Made by a program: the position numbers and the translations under genes. Shown here piece after piece: positions 38,238-53,200 of a stretch of DNA of 64,000 bases. Within the stretch, counting starts at the first letter, position 1, and each line of letters begins with the position of its first letter. Source of the stretch: Eledone cirrhosa (Eukaryota); the NCBI GenBank assembly GCA_964016885.1, contig OZ024742.1, positions 371,628,001 to 371,692,000 on the forward strand. The letters run 5' to 3'. Below the pieces are notes generated by a model. It saw only the letters and a program-made list of their open reading frames with translations. It had not been told where the DNA came from and made no database searches.

Positions 38238-41200
38238 ACAGTCTACCTACTGTAAATGATAGTCTACCTACTCTAAATGATAGTCTACCTACTCTAAATA
38301 ATACAGTCTACCTACTCTAAATGATAGCCTACCTACTCTAAATGATAGCCTACCTACTCTAAATAATAGTCTACCTACTCTAAATGATAGTCTACCTACA
38401 CTAAATAATACAGCCTACCTACGCTAAATGATAGCCTACCTGCTCTAAATGATAGTCTACCTACTCTAAATGATACAGCCTACCTACTCTAAATGATAGT
38501 CTACCTACTCTAAATGATAATCTACCTACTCTAAATGATAGTCTACCTGCTCTAAATAATAGTCTACCTACTCTAAATGATAGTCTACCTACTCTAAATG
38601 ATAGTCTACCTACTCTAAATGATACAGTCTACCTACTATAAATGATAGTCTACCTACTCTAAATAATAGTCTACCTACTCTAAATAATAGTCTACCTACT
38701 CTAAATAATAGTCTACCTACTCTAAATAATAGCCTACCTACTCTAAATGATAGTCTAACTACTCTAAATGATAGTCTACCTACTCTAAATGATAGTCTAC
38801 CTACTCTAAATAATAGTCTACCTACTCTAAATAATAGTCTACCTACTCTAAATAATAGTCTACCTACTCTAAATAATACAGCCTACCTACTCTAAATAAT
38901 ACAGTCTACCTATTCAAAATAATAGTCTACCTACTCTAAATGATAGTCTACCTTCTCTAAATAATAGTCTACCTACTTTAAATGAGAGTCTACCTACTCT
39001 AAATAATACGGCCTACCTACTCTAAATGGTAGTCTACCTACTCTAAATGATAGTCTACCTACTCTAAATGATAGTCTACCTACTCTAAATAATAGTCTAC
39101 CTACTCTAAATAATACAGTCTACCTACTCTAAATGATAGTCTACCTACTCTAAATAATACAGTCTACCTACTCCAAATGATACAGCCTACCTACTCTAAA
39201 TTATAGTCTACCTACTCTAAATAATAGTCTACCTACTCTAAATAATAGTGTACCTACTCTAAATGATACGGTCTACCTACTCTAAATGATACAGTCTACC
39301 TACTCTAAATAATAGTCTACCTACTCTAAATAATAGTCTACCTACTCTAAATAATAGTCTACCTACTCTAAATGATACGGTCTACCTACTCTTAATAATA
39401 CAGCCTACCTACTCTAAATGATACAGCCTACCTACTCTAAATAATAGTCTACCTACTCTAAATAATAGTCTACCTACTCTAAATGATACAGCCTACCTAC
39501 TCTAAATAATAGTCTACCTACTCTAAATAATAGTCTACCTACTCTAAATGATACAGTCTACCTACTCTAAATGATACAGCCTACCTACTCTAAATGATAG
39601 TCTACCTACTCTAAATGATAGTCTACTTTCTCTAAATGATAGCCTACCTACTCTAAATGATAGTCCACCTACTCTAAATGATACAGCCTACCTACTCTAA
39701 ATGATAGTCTACCTACTCTAAATGATAGTCTACCTACTCTAAATGATAGTCTACCTACTCTAAATGATAGTCTACCTACTCTAAATGATAGTCTACCTAC
39801 TCTAAATGATAGTCTACCTACTCTAAATAATAGTCTACCTACTCTAAATGATAGTGTACCTACTCTAAATGATACAGCCTACCTACTCTAAATGATAGTC
39901 TACCTACTCTAAATAATAGTCTACCTACTCTAAATGATAGTCTACCTACTCTAAATGATACAGTCTACCTACTCTAAATGATACAGTTTACCTACTCGAA
40001 ATGATAGTCTACCTACTCTAAATAATACAGTCTATCTACTCTAAATAATACAGTCTACCTACTCTAAATGATAGTCTATCTACTCTAAATAATAGTCTAC
40101 CTACTCTAAATGATAGCCTACCTACTCTAAATGATAGTCTACCTGCTCTAAATAATAGTCTACCTGCTCTAAATGATAGTCTACCTACTCTAAATGATAG
40201 TCTACCTACTCTAAATGATACAGCCTACCTACTCTAAATGATAGCCTACCTACTCTAAATAATACAGTCTACCTACTCTAAATAATAGTCTACCTACTCT
40301 AAATGATAGCCTACCTACTCTAAATAATACAGTCTACCTACTCTAAATAATAGTCTACCTACTCTAAATGATAGCCTACCTACTCTAAATAATACAGTCT
40401 ACCTACTCTAAATGATACAGCCTACCTACTCTAAATGATAGTCTACCTACTCTAAATGATACATCCTACCTACTCTAAATGATACAGCCTACCTACTCTA
40501 AATGATACAGCCTACCTACTCTAAATGATACAGTCTACCTACTCTAAATGATAGTCTACCTACTCTAAATGATACAGCCTACCTACTCTAAATGATAGTC
40601 TACCTACTCTAAATGATAGTCTACCTACTCTAAATGATAGTCTACCTACTCTAAATAATAGTCTACCTACTCTAAATGATACAGCCTACCTACTCTAAAT
40701 AATAGTCTACCTGCTCTAAATGATACAGTCTACTTACTCTAAATAATAGTCTACCTACTCTAAATGATACAGCTTACCTACTCTAAATAATAGTCTACCT
40801 ACTCTAAATAATAGTCTACCTACTCTAAATGATAGTCTAACTACTCTAAATAATAGTCTACCTACTCTAAATGATACAGCCTACCTACTCTAAATAATAG
40901 TCTACCTACTCTAAATAATAGTCTACCTACTCTAAATGATAGTCTAACTACTCTAAATAATAGTCTACCTACTCTAAATGATAGTCTACCTACTCTAAAT
41001 AATACAGCCTACCTACTCTAAATGATAGTCTACCTACTCTAAATGATAGTCTAACTACTCTAAATAATAGTCTACCTACTCTAAATGATACAGCCTACCT
41101 ACTCTAAATAATAGTCTACCTACTCTAAATAATAGTCTACCTACTCTAAATGATACAGTCTACCTACTCTAAATGATACAGTCTACCTACTCTAAATGAT

Positions 41201-44200
41201 AGTCTAACTACTCTAAATAATACAGTCTACCTACTCTAAATAACACAGTCTACCTACTCTAAATAATAGTCTAACTACTCTAAATAATAGTCTACCTACT
41301 CTAAATGATAGTCTAACTACTCTAAATAATAGTCTACCTACTCTAAATGATACAGCCTACCTACTCTAAATAATACAGTCTACCTATTCTAAATAATAGT
41401 CTACCTACTCTAAATAATACAGTCTACCTACTCTAAATGATAGTCTACCTACTCTAAATGATAGTCTAACTACTCTAAATAATACAGTCTACCTACTCTA
41501 AATGATAGTCTACCTACTCTAAATGATAGTCTAACTACTCTAAATAATACAGTCTACCTACTCTAAATAATAGTCTACCTACTCTAAATAATACAGCCTA
41601 CCTACTCTAAATAATAGTCTACCTACTCTAATTTATACAGTCTACCTACTCTAAATGATAGTCTACCTACTCTAAATGATACAGCCTACCTACTATAAAT
41701 AATACAGCCTACCTACTCTAAATAATAGTCTACCTACTCTAAATAATAAAGTCTACCTACTCTAAATAATAGTCTACCTACTCTAAATAATACAGTCTAC
41801 CTACTCTAAATGATAGTCTACCTACTCTAAATGATAGTCTACCTACTCTAAATGATAGTCTACCTACTCTAAATGATAGTCTACCTACTCTAAATAATAG
41901 TCTACCTACTCTAAATAATAGTCTACCTACTCTAAATAATAGTCTACCTACTCTAGATAATAGTCTACCTACTCTAAATAATAGCCTACCTACTCTAAAT
42001 GATACAGCCTACCTACTCTAAATAATAGTCTACCTGCTCTAAATGATACAGTCTACCTACTCTAAATAATAGTCTACCTACTCTAAATGATACAGCCTAC
42101 CTACTCTAAATAATAGTCTACCTACTCTAAATAATAGTCTACCTACTCTAAATGATAGTCTAACTACTCTAAATAATAGTCTACCTACTCTAAATGATAG
42201 TCTACCTACTCTAAATAATACAGCCTACCTACTCGAAATGATAGTCTACCTACTCTAAATGATAGTCTACCTACTCTAAATGATAGTCTACCTACTCTAA
42301 ATAATAGTCTACCTACTCTAAATGATACAGTCTACCTACTCTAAATGATAGTCTACCTACTCTAAATGATACAGTCTACCTACTCTAAATGATAGTCTAC
42401 CTACTCTAAATGATACAGTCTACCTACTCTAAATGATAGTCTACCTACTCTAAATGATAGTCTACCTACTCTAAATGATACAGTCTACCTACTCTAAATG
42501 ATAGTCTACCTACTCTAAATGATACAGTCTACCTACTCTAAATGATAGTCTACCTACTCTAAATGATACAGTCTACCTACTCTAAATGATAGTCTACCTA
42601 CTCTAAATGATAGTCTACCTACTCTAAATGATACAGTCTATCTACTCTAAATGATAGTCTACCTACTCTAAATGATACAGTCTACCTACTCTAAATGATA
42701 GTCTACCTACTCTAAATGATACAGTCTACCTACTCTAAATGATAGTCTACCTACTCTAAATAATAGTCTACCTACTCTAAATGATACAGCCTACCTACTC
42801 TAAATAATAGTCTACCTACTCTAAATAATAGTCTACCTACTCTAAATGATACAGTCTACCTACTCTAAATGATACAGCCTACCTACTCTAAATGATAGTC
42901 TACCTACTCTAAATGATAGTCTACTTTCTCTAAATGATAGCCTACCTACTCTAAATGATAGTCCACCTACTCTAAATGATACAGCCTACCTACTCTAAAT
43001 GATAGTCTACCTACTCTAAATGATAGTCTACCTACTCTAAATGATAGTCTACCTACTCTAAATGATAGTCTACCTACTCTAAATAATAGTCTACCTACTC
43101 TAAATGATAGTGTACCTACTCTAAATGATACAGCCTACCTACTCTAAATGATAGTCTACCTACTCTAAATAATAGTCTACCTACTCTAAATGATAGTCTA
43201 CCTACTCTAAATGATAGTCTACCTACTCTAAATGATAGTCTACCTACTCTAAATGATAGTCTACCTACTCTAAATAATAGTCTACCTACTCTAAATGATA
43301 GTGTACCTACTCTAAATGATACAGCCTACCTACTCTAAATGATAGTCTACCTACTGTAAATGATAGTCTACCTACTCTAAATGATAGTCTACCTACTCTA
43401 AATAATAGTCTACCTACTCTAAATAATAGTCTATCTACTCTAAATAATAGTCTACTTACTCTAAATAATAGTCTACCTACTCTAAATAATAGCCTACCTA
43501 CTCTAAATGATACAGCCTACCTACTCTAAATAATAGTCTACCTGCTCTAAATGATACAGTCTACTTACTCTAAATAATAGTCTACCTACTCTAAATGATA
43601 CAGCCTACCTACTCTAAATAATAGTCTACCTACTCTAAATAATAGTCTACCTACTCTAAATGATAGTCTAACTACTCTAAATAATAGTCTACCTACTCTA
43701 AATGATACAGCCTACCTACTCTAAATAATAGTCTACCTACTCTAAATAATAGTCTACCTACTCTAAATGATAGTCTAACTACTCTAAATAATAGTCTACC
43801 TACTCTAAATGATAGTCTACCTACTCTAAATAATACAGCCTACCTACTTTAAATGATAGTCTACCTACTCTAAATGATAGTCTAACTACTCTAAATAATA
43901 GTCTACCTACTCTAAATGATACAGCCTACCTACTCTAAATAATAGTCTACCTACTCTAAATAATAGTCTACCTACTCTAAATAATAGTCTACCTACTCTA
44001 AATAATAGTCTACCTACTCTAAATGATACAGTCTACCTACTCTAAATGATACAGCCTACCTACTCTAAATAATACAGTCTACCTACTCTAAATAATAGTC
44101 TACCTACTCTAAATAATAGTCTACCTACTCTAAATGATAGTCTAACTACTCTAAATAATAGTCTACCTACTCTAAATGATACAGCCTACCTACTCTAAAT

Positions 44201-47200
44201 AATACAGTCTACCTATTCTAAATAATAGTCTACCTACTCTAAATAATACAGTCTACCTACTCTAAATGATAGTCTACCTACTCTAAATGATAGTCTAACT
44301 ACTCTAAATAATACAGTCTACCTACTCTAAATGATAGTCTACCTACTCTAAATGATAGTCTAACTACTCTAAATAATACAGTCTACCTACTCTAAATAAT
44401 AGTCTACCTACTCTAAATAATACAGCCTACCTACTCTAAATAATAGTCTACCTACTCTAATTAATACAGTCTACCTACTCTAAATGATAGTCTACCTACT
44501 CTAAATGATAGTCTAACTACTCTAAATAATACAGTCTACCTACTCTAAATAATAGTCTACCTACTCTAAATAATACAGCCTACCTACTCTAAATAATAGT
44601 CTACCTACTCTAATTAATACAGCCTACCTACTATAAATAATACAGCCTACCTACTCTAAATAATAGTCTACCTACTCTAAATAATAAAGTCTACCTACTC
44701 TAAATGATACAGCCTACCTACTCTAAATAATACAGTCTACCTACTCTAAATAATAGTCTACCTACTCTAAATAATAGTCTACCTACTCTAAATGATAGTC
44801 TAACTACTCTAAATAATAGTCTACCTACTCTAAATGATACAGCCTACCTACTCTAAATAATACAGTCTACCTATTCTAAATAATAGTCTACCTACTCTAA
44901 ATAATACAGTCTACCTACTCTAAATGATAGTCTACCTACTCTAAATGATAGTCTAACTACTCTAAATAATACAGTCTACCTACTCTAAATGATAGTCTAC
45001 CTACTCTAAATGATAGTCTAACTACTCTAAATAATACAGTCTACCTACTCTAAATAATAGTCTACCTACTCTAAATAATACAGCCTACCTACTCTAAATA
45101 ATAGTCTACCTACTCTAATTAATACAGTCTACCTACTTTAAATGATAGTCTACCTACTCTAAATGATACAGCCTACCTACTGTAAATAATACAGCCTACC
45201 TACTCTAAATAATAGTCTACCTACTCTAAATGATAGTCTACCTACTCTAAATAATAGTCTACCTACTCTAAATAATACAGTCTACCTACTCTAAATGATA
45301 GTCTACCTACTCTAAATGATAGTCTACCTACTCTAAATGATAGTCTACCTACTCTAAATAATAGTCTACCTACTCTAAATAATAGTCTACCTACTCTAAA
45401 TAATAGTCTACCTACTCTAAATAATAGTCTACCTACTCTAAATAATAGCCTACCTACTCTAAATGATAGTCTACCTACTCTAAATAATAGTCTACCTACT
45501 CTAAATGATACAGCCTACCTACTCTAAATAATAGTCTACCTGCTCTAAATGATACAGTCTACCTACTCTAAATAATAGTCTACCTACTCTAAATGATACA
45601 GCCTACCTACTCTAAATAATAGTCTACCTACTCTAAATAATAGTCTACCTACTCTAAATGATAGTCTAACTACTCTAAATAATAGTCTACCTACTCTAAA
45701 TGATACAGCCTACCTACTCTAAATAATAGTCTACCTACTCTAAATAATAGTCTACCTACTCTAAATGATAGTCTAACTACTCTAAATAATAGTCTACCTA
45801 CTCTAAATGATACAGCCTACCTACTCGAAATGATAGTCTACCTACTCTAAATGATAGTCTACCTACTCTAAATGATAGTCTACCTACTCTAAATAATAGT
45901 CTACCTACTCTAAATGATACAGTCTACCTACTCTAAATGATAGTCTACCTACTCTAAATGATACAGTCTACCTACTCTAAATGATAGTCTACCTACTCTA
46001 AATGATACAGTCTACCTACACTAAATGATAGTCTACCTACTCTAAATGATAGTCTACCTACTGTAAATGATACAGTCTACCTACTCTAAATGATAGTCTA
46101 CCTACTCTAAATGATACAGTCTACCTACTCTAAATGATAGTCTACCTACTCTAAATGATAGTCTTCCTACTCTAAATGATACAGTCTACCTACTCTAAAT
46201 GATAGTCTACCTACTCTAAATGATACAGTCTACCTACTCTAAATAATAGTCTACCTACTCTAAATGATACAGTCTACCTACTCTAAATGATACAGCCTAC
46301 CTACTCTAAATGATAGTCTACCTACTCTAAATGATACAGTCTACCTACTCTAAATGATACAGTCTACCTACTCTAAATGATACAGTCTACCTACTCTAAA
46401 TGATACAGTCTACCTACTCTAAATGATAGTCTACCTACTCTAAATGATACAGCCTACCTACTCTAAATGATAATCTAACTACTCTAAATAATAGTCTACC
46501 TACTCTAAATGATACAGCCTACCTACTCTAAATAATAGTCTACCTACTCTAAATAATAGTCTACCTACTCTAAATGAAAGTCTAACTACTCTAAATAATA
46601 GTCTACCTACTCTAAATGATAGTCTACCTACTCTAAATAATACAGCCTACCTACTCTAAATGATAGTCTACCTACTCTAAATAATAGTCTACCTACTCTA
46701 AATAATAGTCTACCTACTCTAAATGATACAGTCTACCTACTCTAAATGATACAGCCTACCTACTCTAAATAATACAGTCTACCTACTCTAAATAATAGTC
46801 TACCTACTCTAAATGATAGTCTAACTACTCTAAATAATAGTCTACCTACTCTAAATGATACAGCCTACCTACTCTAAATAATACAGCCTACCTACTCTAA
46901 ATAATACAGTCTACCTATTCTAAATAATAGTCTACCTACTCTAAATAATACAGTCTACCTACTCTAAATGATAGTCTACCTACTCTAAATGACAGTCTAA
47001 CTACTCTAAATAATACAGTCTACCTACTCTAAATGATAGTCTACCTACTCTAAATGATAGTCTAACTACTCTAAATAATACAGTCTACCTACTCTAAATA
47101 ATAGTCTACCTACTCTAAATAATACAGCCTACCTACTCTAAATAATAGTCTACCTACTCTAATTAATACAGTCTACCTACTCTAAATGATAGTCTACCTA

Positions 47201-50200
47201 CTCTAAATGATACAGCCTACCTACTATAAATAATACAGCCTACCTACTCTAAATAATAGTCTACCTACTCTAAATAATAGTCTACCTACTCTAAATAATA
47301 CAGTCTACCTACTCTAAATGATAGTCTACCTACTCTAAATGATAGTCTACCTACTCTAAATGATAGTCTACCTACTCTAAATGATAGTCTACCTACTCTA
47401 AATAATAGTCTACCTACTCTAAATAATAGTCTACCTACTCTAAATAATAGTCTACCTACTCTAAATAATAGTCTACCTACTCTAAATAATAGCCTACCTA
47501 CTCTAAATGATACAGCCTACCTACTCTAAATAATAGTCTACCTACTCTAAATGATAGTCTACCTACTCTAAATGATAGTCTACCTACTCTAAATGATACA
47601 GCCTACCTACTCTAAATGATAGTCTACCTACTCTAAATGATAGTCTACCTACTCTAAATAATAGTCTACCTACTCTAAATGATACAGTCTACCTACTCTA
47701 AATGATAGTCTACCTACTCTAAATGATACAGTCTACCTACTCTAAATGATAGTCTACCTACTCTAAATGATACAGTCTACCTACTCTAAATGATAGTCTA
47801 CCTACTCTAAATGATAGTCTACCTACTCTAAATGATACAGTCTACCTACTCTAAATGATAGTCTACCTACTCTAAATGATACAGTCTACCTACTCTAAAT
47901 GATAGTCTACCTACTCTAAATGATAGTCTACCTACTCTAAATGATACAGTCTACCTACTCTAAATGATAGTCTACCTACTCTAAATGATAGTCTACCTAC
48001 TCTAAATGATACAGTCTACCTAGTCTAAATGATAGTCTACCTACTCTAAATGATACAGTCTACCTACTCTAAATGATAGTCTACCTACTCTAAATGATAC
48101 AGTCTACCTACTCTAAATGATAGTCTACCTTCTCTAAATGATAGTCTACCTACTCTAAATGATACAGTCTACCTACTCTAAATGATAGTCTACGTACTCT
48201 AAATGATACAGTCTACCTACTCAAAACGATACAGCCTACCTACTCTAAATGATAGTCTACCTACTCTAAATGATACAGTCTACCTACTCTAAATGATAGC
48301 CTACCTACTCTAAATGATAGTCTACCTACTCTAAATAATAGTCTACCTACTCTAAATAATAGTCTACCTACTCTAAATAATAGTCTACCTACTCTAAATG
48401 ATACAGTCTACCTACTCTAAATGATACAGCCTACCTACTCTAAATGATAGTCTACCTACTCTAAATGATACAGTTTACCTACTCTAAATGATACAGTCTA
48501 CCTACTCTAAATGATAGTCTACCTACTCTAAATGATACAGCCTACCTACTCTAAATGATACAGTCTACCTACTCTAAATGATAGTCTACCTTCTCTAAAT
48601 GATACAGTCTACCTACTCTAAATGATAGCCTACCTACTCTAAATAATACAGTCTACCTACTCTAAATGATACAGTCTACCTACTCTAAATGATACAGCCT
48701 ACCTACTCTAAATGATAGTCTACCTACTCTAAATGATACACTCTACCTACTCTAAATGATACAGTCTACCTACTCTAAATGATAGTCTACCTACTCTAAA
48801 TGATACAGCCTACCTACTTTAAATGATACAGTCTACCTACTCTAAATGATAGTCTACCTACTCTAAATGATACAGTCTACCTACTCTAAATGATAGCCTA
48901 CCTACTCTAAATAATACAGTCTACCTACTCTAAATGATACAGTCTACCTACTCTAAATCATAGTCTACCTACTCTAAATGATACAGTCTACCTACTCTAA
49001 ATGATACAGTCTACCTACTCTAAATGATAGTCTACCTACTCTAAATGATACAGTCTACCTACTCTAAATGATAGTCTACCTACTCTAAATGATACAGCCT
49101 ACCTACTCTAAATGATACAGTCTACCTACTCTAAATGATAGTCTACCTACTCTAAATAATACAGACTACCTACTCTAAATAATAGTCTACCTACTCTAAA
49201 TGATAGTCTACCTACTCTAAATGATAGACTGTATTATTTAGAGTAGGTAGACTATCATTTAGAGTAGGTAGACTATCATTTAGAGTAGGTAGACTATTAT
49301 TTAGAGCAGGTAGGCTGTATCATTTAGAGTAGGTAGACTGTATCATTTAGAGTAGGTAGACTATCATTTAGAGTAGGTAGACTGTATCATTTAGAGTAGG
49401 TAGACTGTATTATTTAGAGTAGGTAGGCTATCATTTAGAGTAGGTAGACTGTATCATTTAGAGTAGGTAGACTGTATCATTTAGAGTAGGTAGACTATCT
49501 ACTCTAAATGATAGTCTACCTACTCTAAATAATAGTCTACCTACTCTAAATAATAGTCTACCTACTCTAAATGATAGTCTACCTACTGTAAATAATACAG
49601 CCTACCTACTCTAAATGATAGTCTACCTACTGTAAATAATACAGACTACCTACTCTAAATAATAGTCTACCTACTCTAAATGATACAGCCTACCTACTCT
49701 AAATGATAGTCTACCTACTCTAAATAATAGCCTACCTACTCTAAATGATAGTCTACCTACTCTAAATGATAGTCTACCTACTCTAAATGATAGTCTACCT
49801 ACTCTAAATGATAGTCTACCTGCACTAAATGATAGTCTACCTGCACTAAATAATACAGCCTACCTACGCTAAATGATAGCCTACCTGCTCTAAATGATAG
49901 TCTACCTACTCTAAATGATACAGCCTACCTACTCTAAATGATAGTCTACCTACTCTAAATGATTGTCTACCTACTGTAAATGATAGTCTACCTGCTCTAA
50001 ATAATAGTCTACCTACTCTAAATAATAGTCTACCTACTCTAAATGATACAGTCTACCTACTCTAAATGATAGTCTACCTACTCTAAATAATAGTCTACCT
50101 ACTCTAAATAATAGTCTACCTTCTCTAAATAATAGTCTACCTACTCTAAATAATAGCCTACCTACTCTAAATGATACAGCCTACCTACTCTAAATGATAG

Positions 50201-53200
50201 CCTACCTACTCTAAATGATAGTCTACCTACTCTAAATGATAGTCTACCTACTCTAAATAATAGTCTACCTACTCTAAATAATAGTCTACCTACTCTAAAT
50301 AATAGTATACCTACTCTAAATAATACAGCCTACCTACTCTAAATAATACAGTCTACCTACTCTAAATAATAGTCTACCTACTCTAAATAATAGCCTACCT
50401 ACTCTAAATGATACAGCCTACCTACTCTAAATAATAGTCTACCTGCTCTAAATGATACAGTCTACCTACTCTAATTAATAGTCAACCTACTCTAAATGAT
50501 ACAGCCTACCTACTCTAAATAATAGTCTACCTACTCTAAATAATAGTCTACCTACTCTAAATGATAGTCTAACTACTCTAAATAATAGTGTACCTACTCT
50601 AAATGATACAGCCTACCTACTCTAAATAATACAGCCTACCTACTCTAAATAATACAGTCTACCTATTCTAAATAATAGTCTACCTACTCTAAATAATACA
50701 GTCTACCTACTCTAAATGATAGTCTAACTACTCTAAATAATACAGTCTACCTACTCTAAATGATAGTCTAACTACTCTAAACAATACAGTCTACTTACTC
50801 TAAATAATAGTCTACCTACTCTAAATAATACAGCCTACCTACTCTAAATAATACAGCCTACCTACTCTAAATAGTAGTCTACCTACTCTAAATGATAGTC
50901 TACCTACTCTAAATGATACAGCCTACCTACTCTAAATAATACAGCCTACCTACTCTAAATAATAGTCTACCTACTCTAAATAATAAAGTCTACCTACTCT
51001 AAATAATAGTCTACCTACTCTAAATAATACAGTCTACCTACTCTAAATGATAGTCTACATACTCTAAATAATAGTCTACCTACTCTAAATAATAGTCTAC
51101 CTACTCTAAATAATAGTCTACCTACTCTAAATAATAGTCTACCTACTCTAAATGATACAGCCTACCTACTCAAAATATTAGTCTACCTACTCTAAATAAT
51201 ACAATCTACCTACTGTAAATGATAGTCTACCTACTCTAAATGATAGTCTACCTACTCTAAATAATAGTCTACCTACTCTAAATGATACAGTCTACCTACT
51301 CTAAATGATACAGTCTACCTACTCTAAATGATAGTCTACCTACTCTAAATGATACAGTCTACCTACTCTAAATGATACAGTCTACCTACTCTAAATGATA
51401 CAGTCTACCTACTCTAAATGATAGTCTACCTACTCTAAATGATAGTCTACCTACTCTAAATGATACAGTCTACCTACTCTAAATGATAGTCTACCTACTC
51501 TAAATGATAGTCTACCTACTCTAAATGATAGTCTACCTACTCTAAATGATACAGTCTACCTACTCTAAATGATATAGTCTACCTACTCTAAATGATAGTC
51601 TACCTACTCTAAATGATAGTCTACCTACTCTAAATGATACAGTCTACCTACTCTAAATGATAGTCTACCTACTCTAAATGATAGTCTACCTACTCTAAAT
51701 GATACAGTCTACCTACTCTAAATGATAGTCTACGTACTCTAAATGATACAGTCTACCTACTCTAAATGATAGCCTACCTACTCTAAATCATAGTCTACCT
51801 ACTCTAAATAATAGTCTACCTACTCTAAATAATAGTCTACCTATCTAAATGATACAGTCTACCTACTCTAAATGATAGTCTACCTACTCTAAATGATACA
51901 GTCTACCTACTCTAAATGATACTGTCTACCTACTCTAAATGATAGTCTACCTACTCTAAATGATACAGCCTACCTACTCTAAATGATACAGTCTACCTAC
52001 TCTAAATGATAGTCTACCTACTCTAAATGATAGTCTACCTACTCTAAATGATACAGTCTACCTACTCTAAATGATAGCCTACCTACTCTAAATAATACAG
52101 TCTACCTACTCTAAATGATACAGTCTACCTACTCTAAATCATAGTCTACCTACTCTAAATGATACAGTCTACCTACTCTAAATGATACAGTCTACCTACT
52201 CTAAATGATAGTCTACCTACTCTAAATGATACAGTCTACCTACTCTAAATGATAGTCTACCTACTCTAAATGATACAGCCTACCTACTCTAAATGATACA
52301 GTCTACCTACTCTAAATGATAGTCTACCTACTCTAAATAATACAGACTACCTACTCTAAATAATAGTCTACCTACTCTAAATGATAGTCTACCTACTCTA
52401 AATGATAGTCTACCTACTCTAAATAATACAGTCTATCTACTCTAAATGATAGTCTACCTACTCTAAATAATAGTCTACCTACTCTAAATAATAGTCTACC
52501 TACTCTAAATGATAGTCTACCTACTGTAAATAATACAGCCTACCTACTCTAAATGATAGTCTACCTACTGTAAATAATACAGACTACCTACTCTAAATAA
52601 TAGTCTACCTACTCTAAATGATACAGCCTACCTACTCTAAATGATAGTCTACCTACTCTAAATAATAGCCTACCCACTCTAAATGATAGTCTACCTACTC
52701 TAAATGATAGTCTACCTACTCTAAATGATAGTCTACCTACTCTAAATGATAGTCTACCTGCACTAAATGATAGTCTACCTGCACTAAATAATACAGCCTA
52801 CCTACGCTAAATGATAGCCTACCTGCTCTAAATGATAGTCTACCTACTCTAAATGATACAGCCTACCTACTCTAAATGATAGTCTACCTACTCTAAATGA
52901 TTGTCTACCTACTGTAAATGATAGTCTACCTGCTCTAAATAATAGTCTACCTACTCTAAATAATAGTCTACCTACTCTAAATGATACAGTCTACCTACTC
53001 TAAATGATAGTCTACCTACTCTAAATAATAGTCTACCTACTCTAAATAATAGTCTACCTTCTCTAAATAATAGTCTACCTACTCTAAATAATAGCCTACC
53101 TACTCTAAATGATACAGCCTACCTACTCTAAATGATAGCCTACCTACTCTAAATGATAGTCTACCTACTCTAAATGATAGTCTACCTACTCTAAATAATA

